DNA of 64,000 bases from positions 328,437 to 392,436 of the forward strand of contig MU058259.1 in assembly GCA_013265495.1 (NCBI GenBank), in the 5' to 3' direction. This DNA comes from Vicugna vicugna (lineage: Eukaryota). The notes beneath the pieces were generated by a model, which made no database searches, was not told the DNA's origin, and worked only from the letters and a program-made list of their open reading frames with translations. A program made the position numbers and the translations under genes. This document shows, piece by piece, positions 49,494 through 62,854 of this stretch (within the stretch, counting starts at the first letter, position 1; each line of letters starts with the position of its first letter).

Positions 49494-52053
49494 GTGAGTC
49501 ATGCCTTCACCGGGAAGGTGTCATGGGGATAAGCCATTCCGTGCCCATCCGTGAAAATGGGATGGGCGCTTGCAGGACAGAGAGAGAAGACAGAGAGGAT
49601 TGCTCATCACACTGGATGGTGTCCCGGAGCCAGCCCTGCCTTGACAATCTTTGGAGTGGGATGGGCGTTTGGGGGTGCTCAGGCGTATGGCCAGGTGCCC
49701 AATGCAGACATCAGTGGGAGCACTTCATTTTGCAGCCATCCAAAGCAGGCTGACCTTTTCCAAAGAGTATCTGAAGGAATTCCGAGTGTCTGTGTAGAGG
49801 GATTCCTTTGCAGGCTTGGCCAGTGAGGAAAGATAGAAAGGTGAGCAGGTAGGGGTTTGCCAGGCCAGCAAGAGACCTTCATGGGTGAGTTCTAGCCTCC
49901 CTTGAAGAGTAGTTCGACTCTTCCTTGTTGGCATGAAGAAAGAGACAGTGAGCTGGCAGACATCCACCGCGTACTGGGTCCAGGCAGATAAGTAATTGTT
50001 TTGCAGCATATGATACTTGGTCATTCTAAGTTGCCTGTCCCTTGCAGGCCAGGATTTGGGTGATGGCTGTAACAGTGGGAGAGAAAACAGGATCATAAAT
50101 CTGGGCTTCGGAGGCCAGTTTTGTGGTGCAGAGGCCACTGGGGCCACTGCTGTGTGCTGCAGAAGCCAACAGACAGGTCCGAGCGGTATGTTGTTCCTCA
50201 AAATAATGGCAATGGAAATGGCTGTGAAAAACATTTAGGCCCTTGTCATAAAAATGCAAACAGTCTTCCTGCTATAGGGAAAAGCTAAATAAACTCTATT
50301 GCAGCTGTATTAAGTAGAAACAGATTTGAAAATCGGGTGTTTTTTTTCCTGAGACACTTATTTATTGCAGGTTGGGCAAAGGCTGCCACTATCTTTCGCG
50401 ACTCCGGAAGAGTGTTTTCCAGATGGTCCTTGCTGTTTTTCTCTTTATTAAGCTTAGCTGAACACGGCCACGCTTGGAAAGATTCATTGAAAATGGTGTT
50501 ATTTTTTTCAGATTACAATGGCCATTGATTGGCTAACAAATCAATGGATGGGAATGGATTGAGCTTGTGCAGATAGAATTTCCTTTTGCATTTAAAAATA
50601 AGAAAAATGTCAAGGAAGACTAAAGGTAGAGGAGCTATTTTGACTATATACATCAGAGCTTTGGAAACCATTCAGGGCTGGATTTTCTATTAATTTACAC
50701 TTGCATTTTTTTTCTAAAACAATGCCCTCCTCTTTGCAAAAACTCTACAATGTTACTGTTTCCTTTCCAACATCTAAACAATGTCCAGATACATTTTGGA
50801 TTGAGCAATTAGCTCTGGCTGCAATTTCCTTTTAAGAAAAAAAAATTCGCTAACCCTCTGGACTAAATATGAAATTATTGAATATGAAACTATCAATATG
50901 AGACCATTTGTTCCAGGATCCTTGGTGGCTTATCACTTGCATTTTAAGAAGGCAAGAAGACACTGAAGCTGCCTGGTCCTTCTGTGTTGGACACACCTAG
51001 GCCAGAAACCTCAAGCTTTGTTTTTGCTCTTAGCAACTGGGCAGGTGGATTTGGGGTCATCAAGGCTGATTCTTACAGCCCAAACCACACTGGGAACCAT
51101 TTTGGAAAGTCCCATAAACCAGTGATCCCCACAGACCAGGCTTGAGAACCACCTCCTGCATGGGACAAAATTTCTACCCATTCATAGTGAAATGGGAGAA
51201 GAGTGAAAATGTAGTGAGTTTTTTTGTTAAAGCTAAACCTTTTCCTTTTTATAAAACTTCCCTTTATTCTAGAATGGCCTTTCCCACTTTTCTTAGTGTT
51301 AGAAAGTCTCATTTGTGAATGATGGCATTTGTAGTTTAACATCTTTTTTTTGATGAAGTCAGAAATTGTCCAACTCATGTTGGATCCACCTTTTTTTTTT
51401 TAATGTTACTCATCCAGAACATTAAAAAGTCTGTGATTCACCCAGGAGGCCTGACTAGATCAGGAAAGGGAGCCTTTGTTATGATTTCTAAGCCCGGAAA
51501 AGCAACCTGAGTGAAGGTCCTGCTCCCAGTCCCTTACCTGACTCTTCTGACCCACCACCCTCAGAGCTGACTTTGTCCAAAGCCTGTGAGAAGAATGGAA
51601 TTGCTTCTCCAGAGGAGTTTGAAGGGGAAACTGGCCTCTTGGACATGATACCTAAGGATCCAGCCTCAGTGCTAGGAGCCTGGACCCTTTATCCCTTGCT
51701 CCCAATGTCACCTCTGCTGCCAATTCACATAGGCTCGACCCCCATCTTCCTCTCCTCAGCCTTACCCACCACTTCCATGAGCACAGGCCTCAGCACAGCT
51801 CACTGGGTGTATCCTCAGTCTCCCCACTGCTCTGCCCCACTCCTGTCCTTGCTCCCTCAGCTGTTGTTCCTCTTGCTAAAGCACCCCTCTTAATTTCATC
51901 ATTCTAGCTCAAGAACATTCAGTGACTCCCTATTTCCTAATTAGATAAAACTCCCATGCAAATCCCTATTCCCATTTTCCCAGACCATTCTCCCCTTCAT
52001 GACTGCTCTTCAGTAGAGAGGAGGTCTCCAGGTTATACTCTTGGCTGTGTTTT

Positions 52054-52497
52054 TTTTTTTTATCGAAGTATAGTTGATTTACAATGTTGTGTTAGTTTGG
52101 GGTATACAGCAAAATATATATTCATTTTCAAATTCTTTTCCATTATAGGTTATTATAAGATATTAAATATAGTTCTCTGTGCTATGCAGTATGACTCTGT
52201 TGTATATCTGTGTTATATATAATAGTGTATATCTGTTAATTCCAAACTCCTAATTTATCCCTTCCCCACATTTCCCCTTTGGTAACCATAAGTTTCTTTT
52301 CTACTCTGTGAGTCTATTTCTGTTTTGTAAATAAGTTTACTTGTATAATTTTTTTAGATTTCACATATAAGTGATATCATATAATATTTGTCTTTCTCAG
52401 TCTGACTAACTTCACTTAGTATGATAATCTCTAGGTCCATCCGTGTTGCTGCAGATGGTATTATTTCATTCTTTTTTATGGCTGAGTAGTATTCCAT

Positions 52498-52544
<47 letters not shown>

Positions 52545-52798
52545 ACCACATCTTCTTTATCCATTCATCTGTTGATGGACCCTTAGGTTGCTTCCATGTC
52601 TTGGCTGTTGTAAACAGTGCCACCATGAACATTGGGGTACATGTATCTTTTTGGAGTTTTCTCTGGATATATGCCCAGGAGTGGGATTGCTGGATCATAT
52701 GGTAACTCTACTCTATTTTTAGTTTTTTTAAGGAACTTCCATAGTGTTCTTCATAGTGGCTGCACAGCTTACATCCCCTGTAGATTTTTTTGATGATG
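52054..52798 (-). mobile_element. Artiodactyl-type 5'-truncated L1 with perfect 15-bp TSD and internal (TG)n
   Basis: TSD tcttggctgtgtttt at 52039-52053 and 52799-52813; poly(T) tail; ORF 52354-52698 carries the L1 ORF2 C-terminus (KDTCTPMFMVALFTTAKTWKQPK.PSTDEWIKKMW). Confidence 0.93.
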
Positions 52799-53463
52799 TC
52801 TTGGCTGTGTTTTGTTTGCTTTCTTTATGGGGTGAGGTTTACAAGAAGGTTACAAGATCTCTTGGGCATCTTTCTAGATGAAGAACACTGAAGCCTTGAG
52901 TCTAATGTAATGGGCCTCCCCAGGATTGTGGCATTAGTGGTTAAAAAAAAAAAAGAAGGAAAAAGGCTCACACAAAATGATGCTCTCTGTCTTCAAGAAT
53001 TGTAGCCTTACTACAAGTCTCCTATACACTGCTTCTGGATTAGAATGCTCCATTTCTGACCTGCCAGCAAATGGGTATTACTTCAGGATGGCACTGCTAG
53101 CTTGTCCTGCTGAGAACAGAACCACTCACACAAGCTTCAAAATTTGCAATTAAAATGTAGTGAAAGGAGTCCATCTTAGCCAATGCAGACTGTCCACTCC
53201 ATTAGAAAATGTCTCCAATGGCTGCTTATAAAATCATAACAGCAACAATATGACCTGTCATTTATCAAGCTCATGCTATAGGCTGGGCAGTTATACTAGG
53301 TGATTTACAGCTATTATTTTAGTTCCCACTCCATAACAACCATCTGAGGTGGGTGGGTATTTTGAGCTTCATTTCAAAAAGGAGAAATCAGGGGCTCAGA
53401 AAGGGTTAGTAACTTACACAAGGTCACACAGCTCGTAGAAGGTGGAACTGGGATTGTCCACAA

Positions 53464-53982
53464 CTTGATTCAATAGAACTTTCTGCAATGATGGAAATGT
53501 CCTACACTGTCCAATATGGTAGCCACTAGCTGTAAGTTGCTGTTGAGCACTAGAAATGTGACTGGTGTGGCTGAGGCCTGACTTCTAAATTTTTTTCTTA
53601 ACCATTTTTAAGTGTGCAGTTCAGCGGTATTAGATACATTCATATTATAGTGCAACTGTCACCACCATCCATCTCCAGAACCCTTTTCATCTTGCAAACC
53701 GAATCTCTGTCCTCATTTAACACTAACTCCCCATTCACTCTCCTTCCCTCAGCCCCTGGAAACCACCCTTCTACTTTCTTTTCTCTTTCTTTTTTAATTT
53801 CCCTTCTTCCCCGCAATCCCAGCCTCTGGTAACCACCATTCTACTCTATGTTACTGTAAATGTGGCTTTTTTTTTTAATATTCTACATTTAAGTGAGATC
53901 ATGCAAGATTTGTCTTTCAATTTAAAATTTTAGAAGTAAATTGCCACTTGCGGCTAGTGGCTACCATACTGGACAGCACAGC
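53464..53982. mobile_element. MER3 split by antisense L1MB/L1MA 3'UTR fragments (~53592-53918)
   Basis: MER3 left half caatagaactttctgcaatgatggaaatg.. and right half gctagtggctaccatactggacagcacag flank the L1 3'UTR sequence. Confidence 0.8.
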
Positions 53983-54123
53983 TCTAGAATGTGCTTGTTT
54001 CCCTGTGCCATTCTGCCCTCTGCTCTTGCTTGATACGCACCTCTCCTGTAATGCCCACCAGCTTTGAGTCTCTGCCTCCCTCCCAGCCCAGCGCAGCTCC
54101 TCCCTCTCTCGAAGGCCTATAGA

Positions 54124-54295
54124 CCTGTGGTTCTCAAGCTTTAGCTTGCATTAGAATCACCTGGAGGGCTTGTTAAACAACAGATTCCTGGCACCCACCC
54201 CCAGTGCCAGCCCAAGATTTTGGAGTGGGGCCCCAGATTTTGCATTTCTGACGCGTTCCCAGGTGCTGTGGTGCTGCTGGTGCTTGGATCTTTGG
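54124..54295. mobile_element. MER5A/B MITE
   Basis: gtggttctcaagcttt..gcattagaatcacctggagggcttgttaaa..tttgcatttct..ttcccaggtgctg. Confidence 0.85.
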
Positions 54296-55929
54296 TTGAA
54301 CATTATCTATCTGGGTGTAAGGACTAATTCCTGCATCTTAAATTGGTGTGGCCTGGGGTTTAGCTGCTACCTCCTGGTGTGCAGGGAGCTGTGGTTGCTG
54401 GCTCATGTCAGTTGGGAGAAGCCGCCATCCTGCTGCTGACCTGGAGACCTGGCCCTCTCTCAGTCCCAATTTTACTTGGGCCACTTTTAAGTTGGGTCAC
54501 TCCCTTGGCAATTGTTCTGGAATGTATTCATTTTAATTTAGGCTTCCTTGGGAAGGGCTGGGAAGCCACACTGGGTGAAAGAAGAGGCACAATCCCTAGG
54601 AATTGCCTAACCACCCCGGTGATGTACGGCAAGCCTGGACAGAGAGGCCCATTTATTGTCCGATCTGGTATTCTCTGCAATTAAATGGTGGCAGAAAACT
54701 TAACTAGGAAAGAAAACAAAAAGTGAAGCAGATGAAGTAGAAAGATAACGGTCCCCCTATCCTTGTATCTTCACCCTAATTAAAGTCTTTGTCCATTTTG
54801 GAGGGCAAAGGTCAGGTCCTGGGGCAGGATTGGAGGGTGTGAGTGGCCAGGGGGCCAGGAGAGGTTCCTGAAAAGGGGACTGTCATGTTGGCCACCTTGA
54901 CTCTTGATGTAGCTTTCATCAGTGCTAAGAATGCTGTTCTTGTTAAAGAAAAAAAAATACACGTGTAAAGAAGTAGCTGAGGTTAGTTGTGAAAGTAACA
55001 GGCTATTTTTCTTATAACTATTTGTAAAATAAAAGAATAATGTAGAATCATTTTTTTCCTAAGTGTGCACAGATCTGTGTTTTCTCCCACAGAACCTGTG
55101 ACTTTTTCTTTCCTTTCTGTTTCTCCTTCTTTGTTTTGTTTTGTTTTTTGACAGCAGGAATCATATGTCTTTTTGTGTGGCTTGGTCTCAAACCAGCATT
55201 CATCCTCTTGAGCCAGGCAGCACTTCCTAAAGTTCATTTTAATCACCATTATAACAACCCAACCCTCTGTGGCTCCTGGCAGTGTGCTCTGAGGTATTTA
55301 GATGCTGATAACATGTTTAATTAAAAAATTATAACCACACAAATATCTCCCAGTTTGTTTCCAAAAACAAGTCTTCAGAGGCATGGACTGAAGGCCTCAT
55401 TATTATAGGGATCTGTCCGCATTAATCAGTGGTGCAACGTCAAGTTCTTGTGCTTTGAGTACTTCCATCTTTCCACTTAGCTCTTTGCCATCTACCCATG
55501 AGTGAGCTCAGCAAATCTGAGCACACCAGTGGGACCCCAGCCCAAGTCCCTCTTGTATTTATCACCACTGCTCATCAGGGGATGAGACCCACCTTCCTCT
55601 AGTCAGTGGGCCCCACTCTCAACTCCATCTTGGATATTTAGGACACAAAGCTCTTCATCCCCCATCTGTATGGGATGCTTCTTCCCTTTCTTCACATCTT
55701 TTGCCTGCCCCCTCTCTCTGTGATGGCCGATGCCAGATGCCCCATTCCTTTTCCCACTTCTGTGGGTGGGGTGAAGAACTCCAGGTTCTCCAAGTCCATA
55801 ATGGAGCTGAAGCACTTGGCCAGGAATTTAATTTACATGGTCTCACTTAAACAGCACAGTAAAATTTAGAAACAGCAATTTTCATTTGCAGATGAGGAAA
55901 TTGAGGTGGCAAAGGGACAATGAGCAGAA

Positions 55930-56275
55930 AAGGTGAGCGGGGCCCAGATCCTAGTGGGTCTTGTAAGCCTTGATTAAATGCTTGGACTTTATCCTGAGCA
56001 GTTTCCCAGGAAGTCAGTGACATTGTTTAGTTTACGTGTTTGGTTTTTCTCCCTAGTGGAGTATGAACTGGGGCAGGCGAAAAGGAAGACCAACAAGGCT
56101 CCATTGCCGTAATCCAGAGTGACCTATGACCTTGACCTTGAGCTGAAGCAGCATAGTGGTGGTGGATGGGGAAGCAAGTAGCTGGATTGTAGAAGTGTTT
56201 AGGAGGCCAACTCTGTGGGACTTGGTAGTGGCTGGTAGACTGAGTAAATTGTGACAACACACTGGTTTCCATCAT
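55930..56275 (-). mobile_element. L2 fragment
   Basis: gggcccagatc..gggtcttgtaagcc..cttggactttatcctgag..ggctccattgccgtaatccag. Confidence 0.65.
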
Positions 56276-56667
56276 TTAGGACCCTTGATGCACCATGAAA
56301 CTGAAGAAGGGGAGAGTTGGGTACCTGGCCCCACCTTCCCTTTGCAGCCAAGGGTGGAGCAGCCCGGAGCTAGGCGAGTGGTCAGAAAACCTTGGCACTG
56401 GCCCATGTAATCATCTGAGCCACCAGTTCTGAAGGGAGTGTGATAAAAGCAATGAAGGAACCAGAAAATGGGGGGGAAAAAGGAAATCTGACAGACATAG
56501 TCAACAGCCAGGAGCACCTTCAGTCAGCAGCTTTAAATACACTTTCCAAATTCATATACTTTAAATAGGTCAGAATTGGTAAGCAGTGGCGGACAGGAGT
56601 AATCCTGCTGGTTCAGACCTTGGCTGGGCCCAGCTGGTGGAGAGGAGTTTGGCTTGGCCTGCCACCT

Positions 56668-56777
56668 AGGTGACCAACTCTTCTGGTTGGCCTGGGATTG
56701 AGGGGGTTCTTGGGACATGGGACTTTCAGTTTTAAAACCTGGCATTCCTGGGCAAACTGGAACAAGTTGGTCACCCC
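56668..56777. mobile_element. MER81 (hAT-Blackjack) MITE
   Basis: Terminal inverted repeats ggtgaccaact / agttggtcacc with internal gggactttcagttttaaaac. Confidence 0.85.
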
Positions 56778-59700
56778 ACCTGCCAGGGGAAGAGCTGCAA
56801 CATGGACAGCTGGGCTGGTCAGGACCAAAGCAGTGGGGACTTGGTTCAGCGTGGAGACTTGGTATAGGGAGGCCACCACAGAGTGGACAGGGAGCTTGGG
56901 AATGGAAAAGGCAAGAACATATCCCGAGCCCCATCAGATAGCTTCTCTGGGTCTGCATGAAATGCTTCTCTTAAAGTAGGAGCCTGAGAACTCATTCTGT
57001 TTCTTGGAAACTCCTCCTCATAATCTCACCCTTCTAGGGCAGGAAGTGGGGCGGGAGTTCATCCGGACATTTCTGGTGAACATCAGGTGAATGAACAAGT
57101 TCTCTGGCATTGCTGGCATCTTAGTCTTGCAAGTCCTTAACCAGGCATGAGAATATTTTATACTTGTCCTGAGTGAACAGAACAGTTTCTTTACATAATG
57201 TGTTCCTGCATCCAATCATGGTTAGAAAAGACTTTTTATTTTTTTTAAGAGCAGCAAAATACAGACTCATTTGTAGCAGTAAACCATTCAGATCTTTTAA
57301 CCATTCAGATCTTAATTTGCAAAGTGACCATGGCCTGCCATTATTCATAACTCTTTGGAAACCAAATGACATTTTTTTTTGTCTTCAAAAGCTTCCCTTC
57401 CCCACCCTGATCCCAACTATTTCTCTTGCTAAATAAGCCTCAGTAAATAAGCAGACTACATGTTGTAAGTGGTAGGGCAGAAGAGCACTTGGAATAGGAA
57501 GCTAACAAAACAGATTTTTCCTTTGAAGGCCTGGCCTGTCACAAGGCTTCTGCTCTGTTCAGAAATGTGGAGAGAAGCGGAGGTTGAAGTGACACATTCA
57601 TCTGAGGATACTAGTGACAGGAAAAGGCATCAGAGTCCATTCTTGTGATGGACAGCAGCAGCAGGAATAAGGACCAATTCCGTGCAGGGAAGTAAAAGAA
57701 AAAAAGAAAAATAGAGGAAGATGTGAAAAAGTAAGGATGAGATTCCTCAGGCCACAAGGCTCAGATAGTGTAAGAGTGAGAAAGGCTGAAAATGGGACTT
57801 GGGTCTTGGAAAGAGCCTCCAACAATACCCTGTCTTAAAATGAGTTGGAGAGTGAAAATGAGCTTTGTCGTTTCTCTGTGCCCTTCTGGATCGCTTTATG
57901 ATGAGGAGTGGATATTAGTTGTAGCTAAATTGCCTACGGTATTTCTTCCCCGAGCATAAAGGACTTGGTGGGTAAAAGCTTAAATAATAGTATCTGCATT
58001 TTTGAAAGGTTTTCTATTTCACATATACTTTAAATAGGTCAGAATTTTTAAGTAGTGGAGGATATGGTTGATTCTTTTGTTGGTAATGTTTGATTTTTAA
58101 AGCCAGCTATGTGGATGGGAGACTTAAAAATTATCAGTCACAGATTTTTATTTTCAGATTTTTGTCTAAACTCCAAAAATATATACGGGAAAGTGCAGTA
58201 TTATTAAGTGTACTGCTTGAAGAACTTTCACAAACAACACCCGCGTCACCAGCATCCCGATGGAGACAAGGACCACACCAGCCCTAAAAGCCCCTGTGCC
58301 CTCTTTATTATCCCTCAGTAACAGTAACCACTATCTTCCCACAGGACAAATTAGTTTTGTTTCACACAAGACTTTTTCAATCAGAGCTTTGTGGATGAGT
58401 ACAAAAAAAAAATCCTTGTAGTTTTTTTTAGGGAGGGCAGAAATGGTGTAACAGTTTCCTTTCTCTGGTTGCTCTGAGTTGGGCCTGTTAAACAGGAAGT
58501 TTCTGAGCTGGGTCCCTGCTGGTGCAGGGTTTAGGGCAGGCTGGTCTCTGCTACCCAGAGCAATGCCCAGGCTGTGAGCCAGTAGCCTGCCCTTGGCGCC
58601 ACCTCTACCAAAGGCAGCCCCCGAGCTTGCCTTATCTGCCTCATTAAAGCCTCTGTTGGATATTGCAGTGACACGTGTCCGGAAGCACTGGGGACAGGAC
58701 AACAAAATGGCCAAAAGCCCTTGAATGTATTGGCCTTCTGGAAAGGAAGGCCAGGCACCACTAAAACAGCTTACCCAACACACTCATTTTTCTCCAACTT
58801 CCAAATGAGAGTGTGATTGATTAATTTCGCTTCCTCGTAGGTTTCAGTGTGCTTTCTGCCCCTTTTCTTGTTGCTGCAGGAAGCAAACAGTATGAATGCA
58901 GGAATAAAGCTATGGAACATACATCGTAATGTGTCTGGAGCGGCATCAGAAAAGGCCTTATTTGTTCTCCTGGGCTGTGTAGTGCCGAGTGATTGAATGC
59001 TCGCCAAGCTGTCAGTTTTATGAAACAAATTCCCTAACCCCCTTGGCCCAGAGCTTCGCTCAGCCTGAGATGGAAAAGAAATAACTTTTAAGAGAAAACT
59101 CACTGCTAAAATCTTAAGATAAGATTTCAGAGTTACTTCTCTCCTAAGAATAAAATGAAATATTGAAGAAAGCATTTGATGGGGGACTCTTAGGGAACCT
59201 TATTTCTCAGTTCTTGGTTAACAAACTGTGTTAATAAAAATATTTAGACCTTCGCGATGCATAATGCATTTTTATTCCTAGTGAGCTGGCCTATTTGTAT
59301 ACACAGATGTTTCCTGTGGTCCTTCTATCATGGCTTCTACTTTTTCTGAAACAATATTTCTAGCAGGAAACAGAATCTTATGTTAAGAACCTAAGCCCCT
59401 CACAGACCCTGTTCGAGTGAGGATATTTCCATTTCTAGATTTGATATTGGTGGGGGAGGGGTGGTGGGAATCTTCTTTTATTCAAAAAACGTGGAAGAGA
59501 ATGCATTGAATCCACTCTATGGAGATATTATTAGACAGTTCTTCTTTGGCTTCTAAATTAGGCCTGGCTGATTCATGCAGACACATTCGTTGCTGAAGGC
59601 TAGACGGCTCTTCAGTCTCCATTCTCACTGTCAAAGCCGCCATGAGTAATGCCTGCCCTTTCATACAAACCTTAGGTGTGTTTGACTGGGTTTTACAGAT

Positions 59701-60149
59701 TTTCCAAAGCATTGTTCTCACAGAGCTGCAGTTTCCTTTCCAGCACCAGGAACACTGTGGCAACACAGCTCACCAGCCTAGTTTCTCTGCCACTCTTAGC
59801 AGCACATGGAAATCAATTAAAAATAAAATCCATAGGCCAGTGTACTAAGGAAGAAAATGAGGTTTTGCACATCAGCACTTCTTAAAAAAAAATGAACCTG
59901 TCTTAATAGAAAAGTAGCACAATGCCCTAATGAAAAATTAAGCTTCAGGATTCAGTCCCTAATATCTCAGTGATGAGCATGTGTTTCCTCCTGCGGCTAC
60001 CCCCTTGAGTGAATTCTGAAATAATCAGGCAGTTTGCTGAAATAAGATATCATTCTGGTGACTGTAGCAGCGAAGCATCGCTCTGTCTGGCTGACTTGTC
60101 AGTTACTGCCTAAATGCCAGGAGAGGAAGGTTCTGGTTCTTTGGCACTT

Positions 60150-60345
60150 ATTTTTCTTTAACATTTTAGTGAATTTGTTTCTCTATGATTATAAAAGTAA
60201 TAATACTTACTTATTGTAGGAAATTTACAAATATAGAAAGGCATCAAGAAGAAAATAATCCTTTGTGATCCTGCCATCCAGAGATCACCACTATCATTGT
60301 TTTTGGTTCTTGTCCTTAAAGGTCTTTTTCTCCTGTACATACACC
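60150..60345 (-). mobile_element. L1ME-type 3' end
   Basis: gattataaaagtaata..attgtaggaaattt..ccagagatcaccact. Confidence 0.7.
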
Positions 60346-60794
60346 TTTATGTTCTACAGTAGTTTCGAAGATATATTCCACAATTCCGAGTCTTCTTATG
60401 CTTAAATGTATCCCCTACCCCCAAAAAACTCTGTTAACATACATTTCTCTAATTATTAAGAATGAAAGATTATCTGTTTATTACCTCTCATGTATGACAA
60501 AAAATTATGACCTATTTACACCCTCCTCTTTCGCTGTCCCTCCACACCCACCCCCGGTCTTGTCCATGGCTGTATCCCCAGCACCTAAAACTGCAGCTGG
60601 CACCTAGCTGGCTGTTGCTTAATAAATATTGTTGAATCAAGTCAATGAATGGATGGTGAGAGGTGAGCACTGACTCTTGAGGCTGACCCCTTTCTCCCTT
60701 CCTTTACTACCTCTTCCGAGCAGTCTGTTTCAGCTGCAGGTCCCACGGCCGTCTACTGGGTCTGCTTTCCATGATCTTCCATATCTTCCATGCT

Positions 60795-60962
60795 CAGTCT
60801 TTAGAGTCAAACAGACCAAATTCCCAGGTCTGCAGATTACTACATAATGGAGCAAGTGTCTTAATCTCTGTGGGCCTCAGAGATGCCATCTGTAAAATGG
60901 GCAGTGATGATGCCTACCTGGCAAAATGAATGACAAGTATGCACGATGCTTGGTGCACAGGA
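60795..60962 (+). mobile_element. MIR SINE
   Basis: tttagagtcaaacagacc..gcaagt..cttaatctctgtgggcctcag..catctgtaaaatggg. Confidence 0.75.
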
Positions 60963-62044
60963 GGATCCAAAATCTGTAGCTCCTAGGATTGTTGCCACTT
61001 CTTCTTCCAGTGACAGCATAAATGAGAGCCCATGGGGCCCTAGAACACTGCCTTTCTCCTTGCATTTCCAGTTGTTTCATCTAATGAGCATAGGAGATCT
61101 TCTGATGAGTTACTTTATGCTTTTGTGCCAAGTAACTCTTCAGTAGCAAAGAATCAAGGGACTTTTCTAATAATCTGTGCCTTCACTGATGTCATGCATG
61201 CTTTCCCTGCAGCACGTGTCTTGTTGCACTGTTAACTGTGGTGTCTGCCTAGCTGGCACACTTGCTAGACGGTCAGTGGGCAGGCCTTCCATCTTGGTAT
61301 CCTCAACCTGGGACCCACAGTGCTATAACTGATGAGTCACTCAATTTGGACTTATTGAATGAATGAATGAATAGCATTTTGTTGTACACATCTTGCCCTA
61401 TCTCAACCACGCCCGTGGGCTGTCTGCAGTCTCCTGGATGACAAAAGCAACTCACACTGTAGAATTAGGTCTCTAGCCCTCTGAATCTATAATGTAAGCT
61501 TCTGGCAGACCGATGCATAAGTATTGGTTCTGCAAAGCACCAGCTTAAGAAAAAAATTATGTTCCCTCTTAGTTCCCATGATTAAGTCCATGGATTCACT
61601 GACTGGTGTATAAGGCTCTTTAGGAGAGATGGTTGACAATATGTGCACGGTAAAGCTTGTGTCTACAGCTTTTTCTTTGAGTTATATATGTGTTGGCATC
61701 TCTTTCACACAGAATCTGATGAATTGGCATTTATTTTTGACAGCATCTCAAATCTTGTGAAAGTCAGAGCTGGGGGTTGGTGTTTTTTAGTAATATCTCA
61801 GATGGTGGCAGGACAACCTTGATAATAAAAAAGACAGGTTTAAGAAGATGTCACTTTAGAGTTCTTCCAGAAAACTAAAAGTTCAAAGAAGAGCTTTGGA
61901 ACTTTCTGGAAGAAAGGCTTCCTTAGCATTGGCATTTTGTAGACTAGACACAAATAAACACAGTCTCTGAGGTGTGTTTCCTCATCTATTCACTGTGACA
62001 ACAATTGCTTCTTAGTCTCCCAAACCTGTTTTGTTCATCTTCCC

Positions 62045-62405
62045 AGGCATTCAACTGGACTACATTTCCCAACTTCCCCTGCAGTTTTATGTGGCCATTT
62101 GGCTAAGTTCTGACCAATAGAATGCGAGTGGAAATGATGTGCGCACCTCTAGTCCAATCATAAAAGCTTTCCAGGTTTTCCTACATGCCCTTGTCTCATC
62201 CACTGGCTGTCTGGCATAGAGCAAAGTCCCAGGGTAACCTTGGAAGAGGGCAGAGCCTCCTCTGCCTGGCAAGGATCATTGTATGACCAGAAGTGCCTGA
62301 CCTGGAGCCCCCACCCTAGACTGTTATGTAAACAAAAAATAAGCTTCCATTAGTGAGCCATCGCAAGTAGGGAGCAATTTATTAAGCAGCCTATCCTACC
62401 TTAAC
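62045..62405 (+). mobile_element. MLT1I/J-type MaLR LTR
   Basis: gactacatttccca..gtggccat..ctaagttctgaccaatagaatgcgagtggaaatgatgtg..aaataagcttcc. Confidence 0.75.
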
Positions 62406-62854
62406 TAAGTCATATTCTTTGGATGTTAAAAAAAAAAAAGGAGTAGCCAACAGTTTTCAAAGGCTTTTTATTTGCCAGGAATTGTTTATGTTAATAATAA
62501 TCCTTTTAGCAGCCCTGCCAAATTAACTTCATTTTACAGCTATAGGTACAACTCCAAGAGGGAAGAGGGTGAGAATTTTGTCCCCTTTGTTGATGGTCCC
62601 CAGAGCTGGCACAGAGGGTAGCATTGAGTGGGCTATCAATGAGGCTTGTTGATGATGGAGGAAAAGAAGGCTCAACGAGGTGAAGTCACATGCCCAGGGC
62701 CCACAGCTGGAAAATGTTGGACCCACTGTTTAACCCTGGTCTGCCTGGTTTCAAGGTCCAGCTACCTCTGAGTATGTCACCAAAGACTTCAAAAAGAATG
62801 GATGAGGAGCCAGTGATGAGCCCTTAGAAAAAAGATTTTAGTCTGTCAACTTGT

